NCBI GenBank assembly: GCA_963822585.1
Contig: CAWGIE010000045.1
Location: 1,791-65,790, forward strand
Direction of reading: 5' to 3'
DNA from: an uncultured bacterium
GTDB lineage: Bacteria > Auribacterota > Erginobacteria > Erginobacterales > Erginobacteraceae
DNA length: 64,000 nt
Of the stretch, positions 36,285 through 49,881 are shown piece after piece. The notes under the pieces are model-generated. The model did not search any database, was not told the DNA's origin, and worked only from the letters and a program-made list of their open reading frames with translations. How positions within the stretch are numbered: the stretch's first letter is position 1; each line of letters opens with the position of its first letter. The position numbers were made by a program, and so were the translations under genes.

Positions 36285-38222
36285 ATGCCTAAGGTAATCG
36301 GAATAGATCTGGGCACCACCAATTCGTGTATGGCGGTGATGGAAGGGAAGGATCCGAAAGTTATCCCCAACGCCGAAGGAAGCCGGACCACTCCTTCCGT
36401 CGTTGCCTTCACCAAAACGGGGGAACGGCTGGTCGGGCAGCCCGCCAAACGGCAGGCTATCACCAACCCGGCCAACACCATTTTCTCGATCAAGCGGTTT
36501 ATGGGTCGCCGGTTTGACGAGGTTCAGTCGGAGATCAAGCTCGTCCCCTACAAAGTTATCAAAGCTTCCAACGGCGACGCTCGGGTCGAGGTGGAGGGGA
36601 AGGTATATTCTCCCCCCGAGATCTCGGCCATGATACTCCGGAAGCTGAAGCAGGACGCGGAAGCCCATCTGGGCGATAAGGTCAGCGGCGCGGTCATCAC
36701 CGTCCCGGCCTATTTCAACGACAGCCAGCGCCAGGCGACCAAAGACGCCGGCAAGATCGCCGGTCTCGAAGTCCCCCGGATCATCAACGAGCCGACGGCG
36801 GCTTCCCTGGCCTATGGCCTGGAAAAGAAGAAAGATGAGAAGATCGCCGTCTTCGACCTCGGGGGAGGGACCTTCGATATCTCGATTTTGGAGATCGGCG
36901 AGGGCGTTTTCGAGGTAAAATCGACCAACGGCGATACCCACCTGGGCGGCGACGATTTCGACCAGCGGATCATCGATTGGATTGCCAGCGAGTTCAAGAA
37001 AGACCAGGGGATCGACCTCAAACAGGACCCAATGGCGTTGCAGAGGCTGAAGGAAGCCGCCGAGAAGGCGAAGTGCGAGCTCTCCAGTACCATGGAGACC
37101 GAGATCAATCTGCCCTTTATCACCGCCGACGCCTCCGGCCCCAAGCACCTCTCCATGAAGCTGACCCGGGCCAAGCTGGACTCCCTCTGTGAGGATCTGA
37201 TCGAGCGGACCAGAAAGCCCTGCGAGCAGGCTCTCAAGGATGCCGGCCTGACCAAGGAAGGCATCAATGAAGTTATCCTGGTCGGCGGGATGACGAGGAT
37301 GCCGGCGGTCCAGGAGATGGTCAAGAAGCTCTTCGGAAAAGAACCCCACAAAGGGGTCAACCCGGACGAGGTCGTGGCCATCGGCGCCGCCATCCAGGCC
37401 GGTGTCCTCCAGGGAGACGTCAAGGACGTGCTCTTGCTGGACGTGACGCCGCTCTCCCTGGGGATCGAGACCCTGGGCGGCGTGATGACCCGGCTGATCG
37501 ATCGCAACACGACCATCCCGACCAAGAAGAGCGAAATTTTCTCCACCGCCGCCGACAGTCAGACCCAGGTCGAGATCCACGTCCTCCAGGGCGAGCGCGA
37601 GATGGCCGCCAACAACCGGACGATCGGGAAGTTTCATCTGACCGGGATCCCGCCGGCCCCCCGGGGCGTGCCCCAGATCGAGGTCTCGTTCGACATCGAC
37701 GCCAACGGCATCCTGAACGTTTCCGCCAAGGACCTGGGGACGGGAAAGGAACAGAATATCACCATCACCGCCTCCAGCGGTCTCTCCGAGAATGAGGTGG
37801 AGAAGATGGTGAACGAGTCCAAGCAGCACGCCGATGAGGACAAGAAGCTGCGCCAGGCGGTTGACGCCAAGAACCAGGGGGACGCGGCCGTGTACCAGAC
37901 CGAGAAGCTCCTCAAGGAGAATGAGGACAAGATCGGCGCCGACTCCAAAGCCAAGATCGAGGCCGCGATCGAACGCCTGAAAGCGGCCCTCAAAAAAGAG
38001 AATGCGGACGAGATTAAGTCCGCCACGGAAGGCCTCAACCAGGTCTGGCATTCCGTGAGCCAGGAGATGTATCAGCAGGCCACCGCCGCCGGCCAGGGCG
38101 CCCCGGGCGCCGGACCGGGCGCGGGACCCCAGGGTCCGCCTCCTCCGGGCGCGGAACAGGGACCTCCCCCGGAGGGCGAGGTGATCGACGCCGAGTTCGA
38201 GGTCGAAGACGATAAAAAGTAA
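36285..38222 (+). CDS. dnaK: Chaperone DnaK
   Basis: [51 protein letters not shown]. Confidence 0.99.
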   Translation: MPKVIGIDLGTTNSCMAVMEGKDPKVIPNAEGSRTTPSVVAFTKTGERLVGQPAKRQAITNPANTIFSIKRFMGRRFDEVQSEIKLVPYKVIKASNGDARVEVEGKVYSPPEISAMILRKLKQDAEAHLGDKVSGAVITVPAYFNDSQRQATKDAGKIAGLEVPRIINEPTAASLAYGLEKKKDEKIAVFDLGGGTFDISILEIGEGVFEVKSTNGDTHLGGDDFDQRIIDWIASEFKKDQGIDLKQDPMALQRLKEAAEKAKCELSSTMETEINLPFITADASGPKHLSMKLTRAKLDSLCEDLIERTRKPCEQALKDAGLTKEGINEVILVGGMTRMPAVQEMVKKLFGKEPHKGVNPDEVVAIGAAIQAGVLQGDVKDVLLLDVTPLSLGIETLGGVMTRLIDRNTTIPTKKSEIFSTAADSQTQVEIHVLQGEREMAANNRTIGKFHLTGIPPAPRGVPQIEVSFDIDANGILNVSAKDLGTGKEQNITITASSGLSENEVEKMVNESKQHADEDKKLRQAVDAKNQGDAAVYQTEKLLKENEDKIGADSKAKIEAAIERLKAALKKENADEIKSATEGLNQVWHSVSQEMYQQATAAGQGAPGAGPGAGPQGPPPPGAEQGPPPEGEVIDAEFEVEDDKK

Positions 38223-38366
38223 AAGCAGAACAGGAAACAAGGGAAGAAAAGGAGGTGGTGAGCGATACTGGCATAAGAATTAATCAAGCGGCAATAAAAT
38301 GTTTTGAACTGGAAAAGTAAAACTAAAATTTTTCGAAGAAAAATTTTATAAAGGAGGCTGAGCTTT

Positions 38367-40314
<1,948 letters not shown>

Positions 40315-40350
40315 TTTTTCTTCTCCTTCGGGAAAGAAAAATTTCCGGAA

Positions 40351-40385
40351 AGGCGGCCCCGCCATGCGGCGGGGCCGCCTTTTTT
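40351..40385 (+). terminator. Intrinsic terminator after groEL
   Basis: AGGCGGCCCCGCC-ATGC-GGCGGGGCCGCCT followed by a T run. Confidence 0.85.
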
Positions 40386-40421
40386 CTTCTCTGATAAAGC
40401 GATATCGGGTATGTTTTACCC

Positions 40422-41162
40422 ATGGAAGAAAAAGCCTTCATGCCGGATCCCGTGCTCTGGCTGCTTCACCTTTTTTATCCCCGGGAGTGCGTTCACTGCG
40501 GGCGGCTGCTCGAATACCGGAACCGGGAATATCTCTGTCCTGCCTGCCGTCCCTTGCTTTTCCCGATCAAGGACGCGGTCTGCGAGAAGTGCGGACGTCC
40601 CCTGGAGGGGGAGGTGCTCCCCCCGGTGGAATGCCCCCCCTGCCGGGAGAAAGCTCCGGCCTTCCGTCGCGCTCGGGCGGCCTTCCTTCTCACCGGGGCC
40701 GGGAAGAGTCTGGTTCTGGGCTACAAGTACGGTCGCAACCCCTATCTCTCGGGGACGGCGGTTTCCCTGCTCCACGGGGCTTTTCTGGCCCGCTTCCGCC
40801 GCCCGGATTACGATTTTATCCTGCCGGTGCCGCTCCACCCCCGCAAGGAGCGGGAACGGGGCTTCAACCAGTCCGCGCTCCTGGCTGCCGGCCTCGGCCG
40901 CCGGACCGGTATCCGCCTGGCGGGGAAAGGACTGATCCGGGACCGTTATACGGGAACGCAGACCCGGCTGAGCAGAAAGGAGAGACAGAAGAACGTCCGG
41001 GGAGCGTTCCGGGTTTTATCCGTCGACCGTTTCCGCGGCCGGTCGCTTCTTCTGATCGATGACGTCTACACCACCGGCGCCACCGTCAACGAGTGCGCGA
41101 AGGTCCTGGTGAAGGCGGGAGCGAAGAATGTTGACGTGTTGACGTTGGCCCGGGCGGTGTGA
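40422..41162 (+). CDS. comF: ComF family protein (double zinc ribbon plus PRTase-like domain)
   Basis: C..C motifs, PVPLH..K.RERGFNQS, LLIDDVYTTGAT. Confidence 0.9.
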   Translation: MEEKAFMPDPVLWLLHLFYPRECVHCGRLLEYRNREYLCPACRPLLFPIKDAVCEKCGRPLEGEVLPPVECPPCREKAPAFRRARAAFLLTGAGKSLVLGYKYGRNPYLSGTAVSLLHGAFLARFRRPDYDFILPVPLHPRKERERGFNQSALLAAGLGRRTGIRLAGKGLIRDRYTGTQTRLSRKERQKNVRGAFRVLSVDRFRGRSLLLIDDVYTTGATVNECAKVLVKAGAKNVDVLTLARAV

Positions 41163-41303
41163 GTGAAAAGGACCGAACATCCAACAGTGAACGCCGAACT
41201 TCGAACGCCCCTGGCTGGGGCATGAAAAAAAGCCATCGATAGTCCGATCGGTCCGATCCGACCGATCCGTCCGATCAGTGATCAACAAAGGCCGAGTAGG
41301 GAA

Positions 41304-42053
41304 ATGAAAACTCATGCGAAAATCCGCCTTCACAAGTACCTCTCCCAGGCCGGGGTCGCCTCCCGGAGGGAAGGGGAAAGGCTGATGCGCGGAGGGCGGG
41401 TGACGGTCAACGGTCTCCCGGCGCGCGAACCGGGTACGGTCATCGATCCGGCAACCGATCTGGTCGAAGTAGACGGGCGCCCCGTCCGGCCGGAGAAGAA
41501 AATGTACCTGATGCTGAACAAGCCGGCCGGCTACCTGTGTTCCCTTCGGGATCGATTCGGGGACCGTCTGGTGACCGAACTGACCGCCGGGATCCCCGAG
41601 CGGCTCTATCCTGCCGGACGGCTGGACCTGGATTCGGAAGGTCTCCTGATCATGACCAACGACGGCGCCTTTGCCCAGAACCTGACCCACCCTTCCCACC
41701 GGGTGACCAAGACGTACCGCCTGCAGCTGGGCGCGCCCCTCTCCGCGCGGCAGGAGGAGCGGCTGGTAAAGGGAGTCCGGCTCGACGACGGTTTCCGGAC
41801 CGCCCCCGCCCGGGTGAGGATCCTCTCCCCCGACCGCCGGAGGATAGAAGTCGTGATCGGGGAAGGGAAAAAACGGCAGGTGAAGCGGATGCTGCTGGCG
41901 GTGGGAAACCGGGTGAAATCACTGGAACGGACCGCGATCGGTCCCCTGACCCTGGGAAGTCTTCCCCGGGGGAAATGGCGCCCGCTGACGCCGGCGGAAA
42001 TTAATTCTTTAAAAGCGCCCGCAAAAAACGATAATTGCCCGGGCGGTAGCTGA
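41304..42053 (+). CDS. rRNA pseudouridine synthase (RsuA/RluB family)
   Basis: S4 domain RL.KYLSQAG.ASRR; NKP.GY; GRLD.DSEGL; EGKKRQV. Confidence 0.93.
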   Translation: MKTHAKIRLHKYLSQAGVASRREGERLMRGGRVTVNGLPAREPGTVIDPATDLVEVDGRPVRPEKKMYLMLNKPAGYLCSLRDRFGDRLVTELTAGIPERLYPAGRLDLDSEGLLIMTNDGAFAQNLTHPSHRVTKTYRLQLGAPLSARQEERLVKGVRLDDGFRTAPARVRILSPDRRRIEVVIGEGKKRQVKRMLLAVGNRVKSLERTAIGPLTLGSLPRGKWRPLTPAEINSLKAPAKNDNCPGGS

Positions 42054-42092
42054 AACCGCCCGGTCGGAATTTTAGAAAGCGAAATCCAACAG

Positions 42093-42300
42093 TGTAGTAT
42101 CGTCCTTTCGCTTTCGCGTAAGGATTTGTAGGATCAGAATGCCTGCGGCATTCTTGGTAGAAATTGTAGGATCGCTCCGCTTGCAATTCGGCAAGCCTTG
42201 CCTCCGGCAAGGCGATCCTACATTTACTACAACTACTACAAGTCCTTCACGAAGTGAAGGACGATCCTGCATAAATTTGCGAGCTCCGCGAGCTAATTTA
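42093..42300 (+). repeat. ~210-bp element, copy 4
   Basis: TGTAGTATCGTCCTTTCGC...GTCCTTCAC-GAA-GTGAAGGACGATCCTGCA...CTAATTTA, upstream of the clpB RBS. Confidence 0.9.
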
Positions 42301-42315
42301 TAATAGGAGGTCACA

Positions 42316-44958
42316 ATGGACTTCAGCAAATTCACCCTGAAAGCGCAGCAGGCCCTGAAGGCGGCCCAGGACCTGGCCTCGGATCACAACCAGCAGGAGA
42401 TCGCTCCCGCGCATCTTCTCCTGGCCCTTCTCGATCAGGAGGAGGGGCTCACCCGCCCGATCCTGCGGAAGCTCTCGGTCGACCCGGAGGAGGTGAAGAC
42501 CCGGGCCGACGAGGTCGTCTCCCAAATCCCCCAGGTGTACGGCGCCGGCCCCCAGACGGCGTATCTTTCCCCCCTGCTCAACAAGGTCCTCAATACCGCC
42601 TGGGACGAGGCGAAGAAACTGAAGGACGAGTACCTGAGCGTGGAGCACCTCCTGCTCGCCCTGGCCGAATCGGACTCCCCGGCCGGGAAGATCCTCCGCG
42701 ATCTCGGGGTCACCCGGGACGCCATCCTCCAGGTCCTGGTCGAGATTCGGGGGAGCCAGAGGGTGGTCGATCAAAATCCGGAGGAAAAATACGAGGCGCT
42801 AACCCGCTTTGCCCGAGATCTGACGGATCTGGCCCGGAGAGGAAAACTCGACCCGGTGATCGGACGGGACGACGAGATCCGCCGGGTCATCCAGGTCCTC
42901 TCCCGGCGGACCAAGAACAACCCGGTCCTGATCGGGGAGCCGGGGGTGGGGAAGACCGCCATCGCCGAGGGGTTGGCCACCCGGATCATGACCGGGGACG
43001 TGCCGGAGGGGCTGAAGGACAAGCGTTTGCTCGCTCTCGATATCGGGGCGCTGGTGGCGGGGGCGAAATACCGCGGGGAATTCGAGGACCGGCTCAAGGC
43101 GGTCCTGGCCGAGGTGGAGAAGGCCGCGGGGCAGATCATCCTCTTCATCGACGAACTGCATACCATCGTCGGCGCCGGCGCCGCCGAAGGGGCGGTTGAC
43201 GCCTCCAACATGCTCAAGCCGGCCCTGGCCCGGGGCGAACTCCGCTGCGTCGGCTCCACCACCCTTGACGAGTACCGCAAGTACATCGAGAAGGACGCGG
43301 CCCTGGAGCGCCGGTTTCAGCCCGTCTTTGTCGGGGAGCCGTCGGTTGAGGCGACGATCGCCATCCTCCGGGGACTGAAGGAGCGCTACGAGGCCCACCA
43401 CGGGGTCCGGATCACCGATCCGGCCCTGATCGCCGCCGCCACCCTTTCCGACCGCTACATCAGCGACCGTTTTCTCCCCGACAAGGCCATCGATCTGATC
43501 GACGAGGCGGCCTCCCGTCTCAAGATCGAGATCGATAGCATGCCGATCGAGGTGGACGAGGTGGAGCGGAAGATCATGCGGCTGGAGATCGAAAAACAGG
43601 CTTTGAAAAAAGAGAAGGACAAGGCGAGCAAGGAACGGCTGGTCGCGCTCAACCAGACCCTGGAGAACCTGAAGGAAGAGAGCAAGGGCCTCAAGGCCCA
43701 CTGGCAGAATGAGAAGAAGGCCATCTCCGCGATCCGCGCCCTGCTGGAACGGCTCGACGCCATCAAGGTCGAGGAGGCGGCCGCCGAGCGGGAGGGGAAC
43801 CTGGAAAAAGCCGCCCAGCTCCGGTACGGGGAGAAGATCGAACTCCAGAAGAAACTGGAGGAGGCCAACCGGCGTCTGAACGAGCTGCAGAAGGACCGCC
43901 AGATGCTCAAGGAGGAGGTGACCGAGGACGACATCGCCGAGGTGGTGGGCAGCTGGACCGGCATCCCGGTCAACCGGCTTCTGGAAGGGGAGATGGAGAA
44001 GCTGATCCGGGTCGAGGAACGGCTGCACCGGCGGGTGATCGGGCAGGAAGAGGCGATCGGGGCCGTTGCCAACGCCATCCGGCGGGGGCGGGTGGGGATG
44101 TCCGATCCCAATCGGCCGCTCGGCTCCTTTATCTTCATGGGGCCTACCGGGGTGGGCAAGACCGAGCTGGCCAAGGCCCTGGCCGAGTACCTTTTTGACG
44201 ACGAGAAATCGATGGTCCGGCTGGACATGTCCGAGTACCAGGAGAAGCATACCGTCTCCCGCCTGATCGGCGCTCCTCCCGGGTATGTCGGCTATGATGA
44301 AGGCGGCCAGCTGACCGAAGCGGTCCGCCGGCGTCCCTACTCGGTTATTCTCTTCGACGAGATCGAGAAGGCCCACCCGGACGTCTTCAACGCCCTTCTC
44401 CAGATCCTGGATGACGGGCGGATGACCGACGGGAAGGGACGGGAGGTCAACTTCAAGAACACGGTCGTGATCATGACCTCCAACATCGGGTCCCCGATCA
44501 TCCAGGAATACTCCGGCAAGAACCCCGAGGAGATGAAGGAGAAGGTGATGGAGGCCCTCCGCCAGCGGTTTCGCCCCGAATTCCTCAACCGGGTGGACGA
44601 GATCATCATCTTCACCGGTCTCAACCGTGACGAGATCAAACAGATCGTCGACCTTCAAGTCGCCCATCTTGCCCGCCGGCTGGCCGGGCGGAAGATGAGC
44701 ATCGATCTCACCGAGCGGGCCAAGGAGCACCTGGCCCGGATCGGCTACGATCCGTCTTTCGGCGCCCGGCCCCTCAAGCGACTGATCCAGCGGCAGATCG
44801 AGAACCCTCTGGCCCTCCGGATCCTGGAGGGCGAGTTCCAGGACGGCGACGCGATCGAGGCGGATTACGATCCGAAAAAGGACGCCCTCGTCTTTAAAAA
44901 GCTGAAGTCCGCGGCAAAGGAAGAAGATACGTCATCCGAATCCGGACAGGGTGACTGA
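42316..44958 (+). CDS. clpB: Chaperone ClpB
   Basis: Clp N domain, two AAA+ modules ([16 protein letters not shown]), long coiled-coil middle domain. Confidence 0.97.
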   Translation: MDFSKFTLKAQQALKAAQDLASDHNQQEIAPAHLLLALLDQEEGLTRPILRKLSVDPEEVKTRADEVVSQIPQVYGAGPQTAYLSPLLNKVLNTAWDEAKKLKDEYLSVEHLLLALAESDSPAGKILRDLGVTRDAILQVLVEIRGSQRVVDQNPEEKYEALTRFARDLTDLARRGKLDPVIGRDDEIRRVIQVLSRRTKNNPVLIGEPGVGKTAIAEGLATRIMTGDVPEGLKDKRLLALDIGALVAGAKYRGEFEDRLKAVLAEVEKAAGQIILFIDELHTIVGAGAAEGAVDASNMLKPALARGELRCVGSTTLDEYRKYIEKDAALERRFQPVFVGEPSVEATIAILRGLKERYEAHHGVRITDPALIAAATLSDRYISDRFLPDKAIDLIDEAASRLKIEIDSMPIEVDEVERKIMRLEIEKQALKKEKDKASKERLVALNQTLENLKEESKGLKAHWQNEKKAISAIRALLERLDAIKVEEAAAEREGNLEKAAQLRYGEKIELQKKLEEANRRLNELQKDRQMLKEEVTEDDIAEVVGSWTGIPVNRLLEGEMEKLIRVEERLHRRVIGQEEAIGAVANAIRRGRVGMSDPNRPLGSFIFMGPTGVGKTELAKALAEYLFDDEKSMVRLDMSEYQEKHTVSRLIGAPPGYVGYDEGGQLTEAVRRRPYSVILFDEIEKAHPDVFNALLQILDDGRMTDGKGREVNFKNTVVIMTSNIGSPIIQEYSGKNPEEMKEKVMEALRQRFRPEFLNRVDEIIIFTGLNRDEIKQIVDLQVAHLARRLAGRKMSIDLTERAKEHLARIGYDPSFGARPLKRLIQRQIENPLALRILEGEFQDGDAIEADYDPKKDALVFKKLKSAAKEEDTSSESGQGD

Positions 44959-45085
44959 AGCTGTCCGTCATAAAAGGGCTAAATAAAAAGGAACCAGTAA
45001 TTAAAATGGCGGAGGGTATATAGGTACTTTCGCACGAATGTGCGAATAGTTGGTGGCGGCGTTGGATTGTTACGAGAGGGAGATA

Positions 45086-45397
45086 ATGTCTGATACCGGG
45101 GATATCCTGATCAAGAAGTTGGAAGAGACCTTTAAAGGAGTATCCTGCCATCGGCGGATCAGGATAATTAAATTGCTTTTTCCCGATCGTGAAAAGAACC
45201 TCGGGGAGATAGCAGGCAGGATCGGGTTGTCCATACGCAGCACTTCAAAACATCTTATTCAGCTGGAGAAAGCCGGTTTTTTAACAAGTCGACAATCGGG
45301 CTTTTTCAAGATATACCGAATCAATCCGGCTTCCGATGATATCGTGAAAAAGGTTATCCTGCTGGTGATCAGGAATCCTGTTCAACATGAGAGATAG
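45086..45397 (+). CDS. ArsR/SmtB-like winged HTH regulator
   Basis: R.RII.LL...GEIA......STSKHL..LEKAGF..SR..G...YR. Confidence 0.75.
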   Translation: MSDTGDILIKKLEETFKGVSCHRRIRIIKLLFPDREKNLGEIAGRIGLSIRSTSKHLIQLEKAGFLTSRQSGFFKIYRINPASDDIVKKVILLVIRNPVQHER

Positions 45398-47327
45398 CGC
45401 GTCCATCATCTTCTGCGTCTGCCTGCTGGTGGTCCTCAACCTGCTTGCTTTTTCTCCTGCTTTGACCGGCTCTTTTCTCAACTGGGATGACGAGGAAAAC
45501 GTTGTCTTTCATCGTGGAATCAGGACAGCCGGGCCGGAGAACATCCTCTGGATATTCACCGACTTCACCGTCGGTGATTTTAAGCCCCTGGCCTGGATCA
45601 GTTACGCCTTCGATTATACTTTCTGGCGGCTGAACCCATTCGGTTACCATTTCGGGAACATCCTGGTCCACGCCGCCTCGGCGGTACTGGCTTTCTCCCT
45701 GCTCTGCCGCCTGGGGAGGCGTCTTCGTCCCGCCGGGGAAATTTCTCCGGTCTTCGCGGCCTTCGCCGCCGCCGTGTTTTTTTCGCTTCATCCGCTCCGG
45801 GCGGAATCGGTGGCCTGGATCAGCGAGAGAAAGGACGTTCTCTGCTGTTTCTTCTACCTGGCGTCAGTTGCGGCCTATCTCCATTATCGCGAACGGCGCC
45901 GGCGGGGATGGTACACGGCTTCATTGCTCTTCGCCCTCCTGGCCATGCTCGCCAAGCCGATGGCCGTTACCATCCCCGTCGTCATGATCCTGGCCGATCT
46001 TCTTTTCGGTAAAACCGGTCTCCCGACCGGGAAGGGGATCAGGTGTCGCGCGATCGAGCAGATACCCTTCCTCCTGCTGGCGATCGCGGTCGGAGTGGTC
46101 GCCCTGCTCGGACAGACACGGCTCCAGGCGCTGGTCCCGCTGGCAACAATCGGTCCCGGAGAACGGGTGCTCATGGCCGGCAATACGATGGTCTTTTACC
46201 TGGAGAAGCTTTTACTCCCGGTCTCGGTCTCGGCCGCTTATCCGGCCGCGGCCACGTTCCCGTTTGTTCCCCTGGCCGCGCTGCCCTCCCTGGCCGTCCT
46301 GGCGTCGATCACGGTTTTGGCGGTCGCTCTCCGGCGCCGGGGGACGAGAGGAGTTCTGTTTTTCTGGTTCTGGTTCGTGGTTTCGATCCTGCCGGTCAGC
46401 GGTCTTTTCCCGGCCGGGATGGCCGCGGCGGCAGACCGGTTCACGTATATCCCTTCCTTCGGGATCGCGGGGCTGCTTTTCTGCGGCCTCGCCGGGCTGG
46501 GGGCACCACCGCGCCGATGGCTGCTTCTCCTTCCGGTCCTGGCGGGAGCGGCCTGCCTGCTCATCCTTGCCTTCAGCCGGGCGGAAGTCTGGAGAGAATC
46601 GGAAACGCTCTGGGCGGACGCGGTCGCTCAGTACCCCGCCACACCGATGGCCCAGGCCCACCTGGGGCAACTTCTCTATCAGCGGGGGGCGGACGACGCC
46701 GCGATCGGCCATCTCCGCAGCGCCTTGGAGATGATGGATGCCGATCCGATGGCTCGGGGGGATATCATCTTCGCCGTGAAGAGCAACCTGGCCCGGGCGC
46801 TCGGACGTTCCGGCTCTCCGGAGGAAGGGGCGGCGCTCCTGGAGGAGATATTGTCGAGCCGCGACGACTGGGTGACTCACCACTCCCTGGCCGGCCTGTA
46901 TTCCCGGATGGGGAAAAAGGAGCAAGCCCTGCGGGAGTACGAGAAGGTGCTCATGGCCCGGCCCGGTTTCGTGCCCGCGTTATGTGAGTATGGTCTTCTC
47001 CTGGCCCAGTCCGGTCAACCCGACCGGGCGATCGAGGTATACAACCGGGCTCTGGCCGTTCTCCCGGATAGCCCGCGGGCGCGCTATAATCTCTCTCTGG
47101 CTTATCTCGATCGGGGCGACCCCGGCCGGGCGATCGCGCTTCTGGAGAAACTGGCGGAAGAATACCCCGATGTTCCCCGGGTCGCCGAAGCGCTGGCGAT
47201 CGCCTACCGGGTCGCGGGGCGCCCCGAAGAGGGGCAGGGAATCCGGCCGGTCCCGGTCTCGAGCGGGGAGGATAACGTGCCTTACAGCAAAGGCGAGCGC
47301 CCGGATGTTTTGATACCGATCAGGTGA
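45387..47327 (+). CDS. TMTC-like membrane glycosyltransferase (GT-C fold) with C-terminal TPRs
   Basis: F.NWDD, FKPL, GYH..N...H, HPL.AESVAWISERKD, ADRF.YIP, W.....LW, TPR repeats. Confidence 0.8.
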   Translation: MRDSASIIFCVCLLVVLNLLAFSPALTGSFLNWDDEENVVFHRGIRTAGPENILWIFTDFTVGDFKPLAWISYAFDYTFWRLNPFGYHFGNILVHAASAVLAFSLLCRLGRRLRPAGEISPVFAAFAAAVFFSLHPLRAESVAWISERKDVLCCFFYLASVAAYLHYRERRRRGWYTASLLFALLAMLAKPMAVTIPVVMILADLLFGKTGLPTGKGIRCRAIEQIPFLLLAIAVGVVALLGQTRLQALVPLATIGPGERVLMAGNTMVFYLEKLLLPVSVSAAYPAAATFPFVPLAALPSLAVLASITVLAVALRRRGTRGVLFFWFWFVVSILPVSGLFPAGMAAAADRFTYIPSFGIAGLLFCGLAGLGAPPRRWLLLLPVLAGAACLLILAFSRAEVWRESETLWADAVAQYPATPMAQAHLGQLLYQRGADDAAIGHLRSALEMMDADPMARGDIIFAVKSNLARALGRSGSPEEGAALLEEILSSRDDWVTHHSLAGLYSRMGKKEQALREYEKVLMARPGFVPALCEYGLLLAQSGQPDRAIEVYNRALAVLPDSPRARYNLSLAYLDRGDPGRAIALLEKLAEEYPDVPRVAEALAIAYRVAGRPEEGQGIRPVPVSSGEDNVPYSKGERPDVLIPIR

Positions 47328-47542
47328 TGACGGAGCGGTTGACGGGGAGCCGTGCCGGGGGTAAACGACGAAGAGGTTCGGTGCGTTATGGAGTAATGGA
47401 GTGGTGGAGTAATGGGGTGAGGGGGGCCGGGAGACTTCCCACACTCCATTATTCCATCATTCCAGTACTCCCGGTTACTGGTTCTCCGATAGTGGCAAGA
47501 TCAACAGATCGGGCGCATATGTATAGCGGCCAGGCGCCCTCC

Positions 47543-48037
47543 TCACTCCGACTCCCACCACTGCCGCCACAGTTGAGCGTATTTTTTAATCCAGTCGTTG
47601 GCGGCGTCCGAGCCGACATCGTGGCCGATCTTCTCGGATTCAAGCCACTTGTGCCTGAGGATCTGCTCCATCTGATTCCGGGAGGAAAGTTCCATCCTCT
47701 TCTCGCGCCAGATTCGGGCGTAGTTCTTCATCCAGTCCTCGATGGTTTCCTGGATGCTGACCCAGCGGCAATATCGCTGTGAAAGGAAATAGCGGTGGAC
47801 CTGGATGGCCTTCCATTCCGCCGGACTGAAACGTTTCCCTTCCGGAGGAGTCTCTCCCGTCTGGGCCTCAATCGCTTTTTCGTGTTCCTGCCACATCTCG
47901 GCGTAGTTCTTGAGCCAGTCCGCGATGACTTCTTTGAGTCCGACCTCACGGCCCGCTTTCTCGGAGAGAAAGTACTTATGAACGTGAATCGCGCTCCATT
48001 CAGCGGGACTGAAATAATACACGGATTTTGGTTTCAT
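47543..48037 (-). CDS. Protein of three tandem DUF4032-like repeats
   Basis: Three units of I..H[KR][YW]..S[EQ]...V....DW.K.YA..W. Confidence 0.75.
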   Translation of the reverse strand: MKPKSVYYFSPAEWSAIHVHKYFLSEKAGREVGLKEVIADWLKNYAEMWQEHEKAIEAQTGETPPEGKRFSPAEWKAIQVHRYFLSQRYCRWVSIQETIEDWMKNYARIWREKRMELSSRNQMEQILRHKWLESEKIGHDVGSDAANDWIKKYAQLWRQWWESE

Positions 48038-48171
48038 GGCGCTGAAAAAAGCGGCTATACTATCACTTGTACCATCTATGGCGGGAAAAAATACCCTAAA
48101 AATATCCCGGATGCAAATAAAAAATGATCGTAATTGACCGGCCCGGTGCCCCGCTGATAGGGTAAAAATCG

Positions 48172-49716
48172 ATGAATAACGATCTTGATATCGGCGAACT
48201 GCTGATGGTGGGGTTTGCAGGCGAAGAGCCGGACGCCCTGCTTCGCCGGTATATCCTCGAGTGGCGGGTAGGGGGGGTGATTATATTCCAGAGAAATATT
48301 CGGGACCCTGATCAGCTCGCCCGTCTCTGCGGGGAATGTCAACAACTGCGGCGGGAGGTAGCCGATACCCCGCTCCTGGTGGCGATTGATCAGGAAGGAG
48401 GAACGGTTGCACGGCTGAGAGAGGGGGTGACCGCCTTTCCCGGGAACAGGGCGTTGGGATTCGCGGGGACGCCCGGAGACGCCTATCGCCAGGGATTGGT
48501 GACCGGCCGCGAGCTGCGCGCTTCCGGAATCAACATGAACCTGGCTCCGGTTCTGGATCTGTATTCCCCGGAAGGCAGCCACAGTCTCGGGCTTCGGTCG
48601 TTGGGGAGCGATCCGGAAAAGGTGGCCTCACTGGGCGCGAAGTTGGTCCGGGGGATGCAGGACGCGGGGATCGCGGCGACCGCCAAACACTTCCCGGGGA
48701 AGGGATCGGCCCGGCGGGATTCCCATCAGGAACTGCCGGTTATCCGGACGCCGGCGAGTCTGATCCGGCAGCGGGACCTGGTCCCTTTCCGGACGGCGGT
48801 GCGGGCCGGGGTGAAGGCGGTGATGACCTCGCACGCCGCCTACCCGGCTCTTGACGGGGGCCGAGTCCGGCCGGCCACGCTTTCCCGGCCCATCATGACC
48901 CTGCTTCTCAGGGGCGAGCTGCATTTCCGGGGGGTTCTCATCAGCGATGACCTGGGGATGGGCGCCGTCGGCTCCGGGTATCCCGTCCCGGACGCCGCGC
49001 TGGCCGCTCTCCGGGCCGGGGTGGACATGCTTCTTCTCTGTCATTCGCCGCTTGATCGGGAACGGACGCGGGAGCTTCTGGCGGCGCGCGGGAAGACGGA
49101 CACGGAAACCGGGGACAGGATCGCGGAAAGCCGGGGGCGGCTCGCCGCCCTCAAGGCGGAACTTCTCCGGCCGGTCCCGGATTCCGGGACCGGGCCCGCG
49201 AATGGGAACGGACTCGCGCTCCGGCTGGCCCGGGGGGCCGTGTCCGCGGCGGGGATATCCGGGAAGACGTCCCCGGCGATCGGGGGAAAGCCGTTCCTCC
49301 TGGTCTGGTTCGAGCCGGAGCAGACTGTCGAGGTCGAGGACGCGTCCCCGGCCGGGGAGGGTCCGGCCGCCGCTTTCCGGGAGGCGGGGCTCACGGTTGA
49401 AATCATCACGCTCCCTCTCCGACCCGGGCCGGGAAAGAATGAAAAAGTGCTCGCCGCCGTTTCCCGCGACCGACCGGTCGTCATCTGCGCTTGTGACGCG
49501 TACCGTTTCCCGGAGCAGCGGGAATTGATCGCGGCCGTTCTTTCCCGCCGACCGGACGCGGTTCTGGCGGTGGTGCGGGATCCCCGCGATGCCGGGATCT
49601 TCCCCCGGGCGGCAACGGTAATCGTTACCCGCGGCCACGGCCCTTTATCCATCCGGGCCCTGGCCGAAGTCCTGGCCGGAAAACTAATTCCAGTGAGAGA
49701 AAACCGCGGCAAGTAG
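48172..49716 (+). CDS. nagZ: Beta-N-acetylhexosaminidase (GH3, NagZ-like)
   Basis: GGVIIFQRN, AIDQEGG.V.R, NLAPVLD, KHFPG.G...DSH, SDDLGM. Confidence 0.9.
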   Translation: MNNDLDIGELLMVGFAGEEPDALLRRYILEWRVGGVIIFQRNIRDPDQLARLCGECQQLRREVADTPLLVAIDQEGGTVARLREGVTAFPGNRALGFAGTPGDAYRQGLVTGRELRASGINMNLAPVLDLYSPEGSHSLGLRSLGSDPEKVASLGAKLVRGMQDAGIAATAKHFPGKGSARRDSHQELPVIRTPASLIRQRDLVPFRTAVRAGVKAVMTSHAAYPALDGGRVRPATLSRPIMTLLLRGELHFRGVLISDDLGMGAVGSGYPVPDAALAALRAGVDMLLLCHSPLDRERTRELLAARGKTDTETGDRIAESRGRLAALKAELLRPVPDSGTGPANGNGLALRLARGAVSAAGISGKTSPAIGGKPFLLVWFEPEQTVEVEDASPAGEGPAAAFREAGLTVEIITLPLRPGPGKNEKVLAAVSRDRPVVICACDAYRFPEQRELIAAVLSRRPDAVLAVVRDPRDAGIFPRAATVIVTRGHGPLSIRALAEVLAGKLIPVRENRGK

Positions 49717-49881
49717 AGCAATGAAGTAATTAACCACGAAGGACACGAGGAACACGAAGGACTGTTGAGAAAATAAGTATGTTTTGATTGATTAAAATCT
49801 TCGTGAACTTCGTGTCCAGGGTAGATTTGTCGTAACTGCTTTGTAGTGCTCAGGAATTTCAAGAAAAGATATATCCAATAA

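Noticed and set aside
38269-38284. Second sigma-54 promoter before groES
   Set aside because: TGGCAT is present but the -12 GC is missing (TTAA)
42042-42053. ops-like GGCGGTAGCTG
   Set aside because: Lies at the pseudouridine synthase stop within a hairpin and not ahead of a polysaccharide operon; likely coincidental
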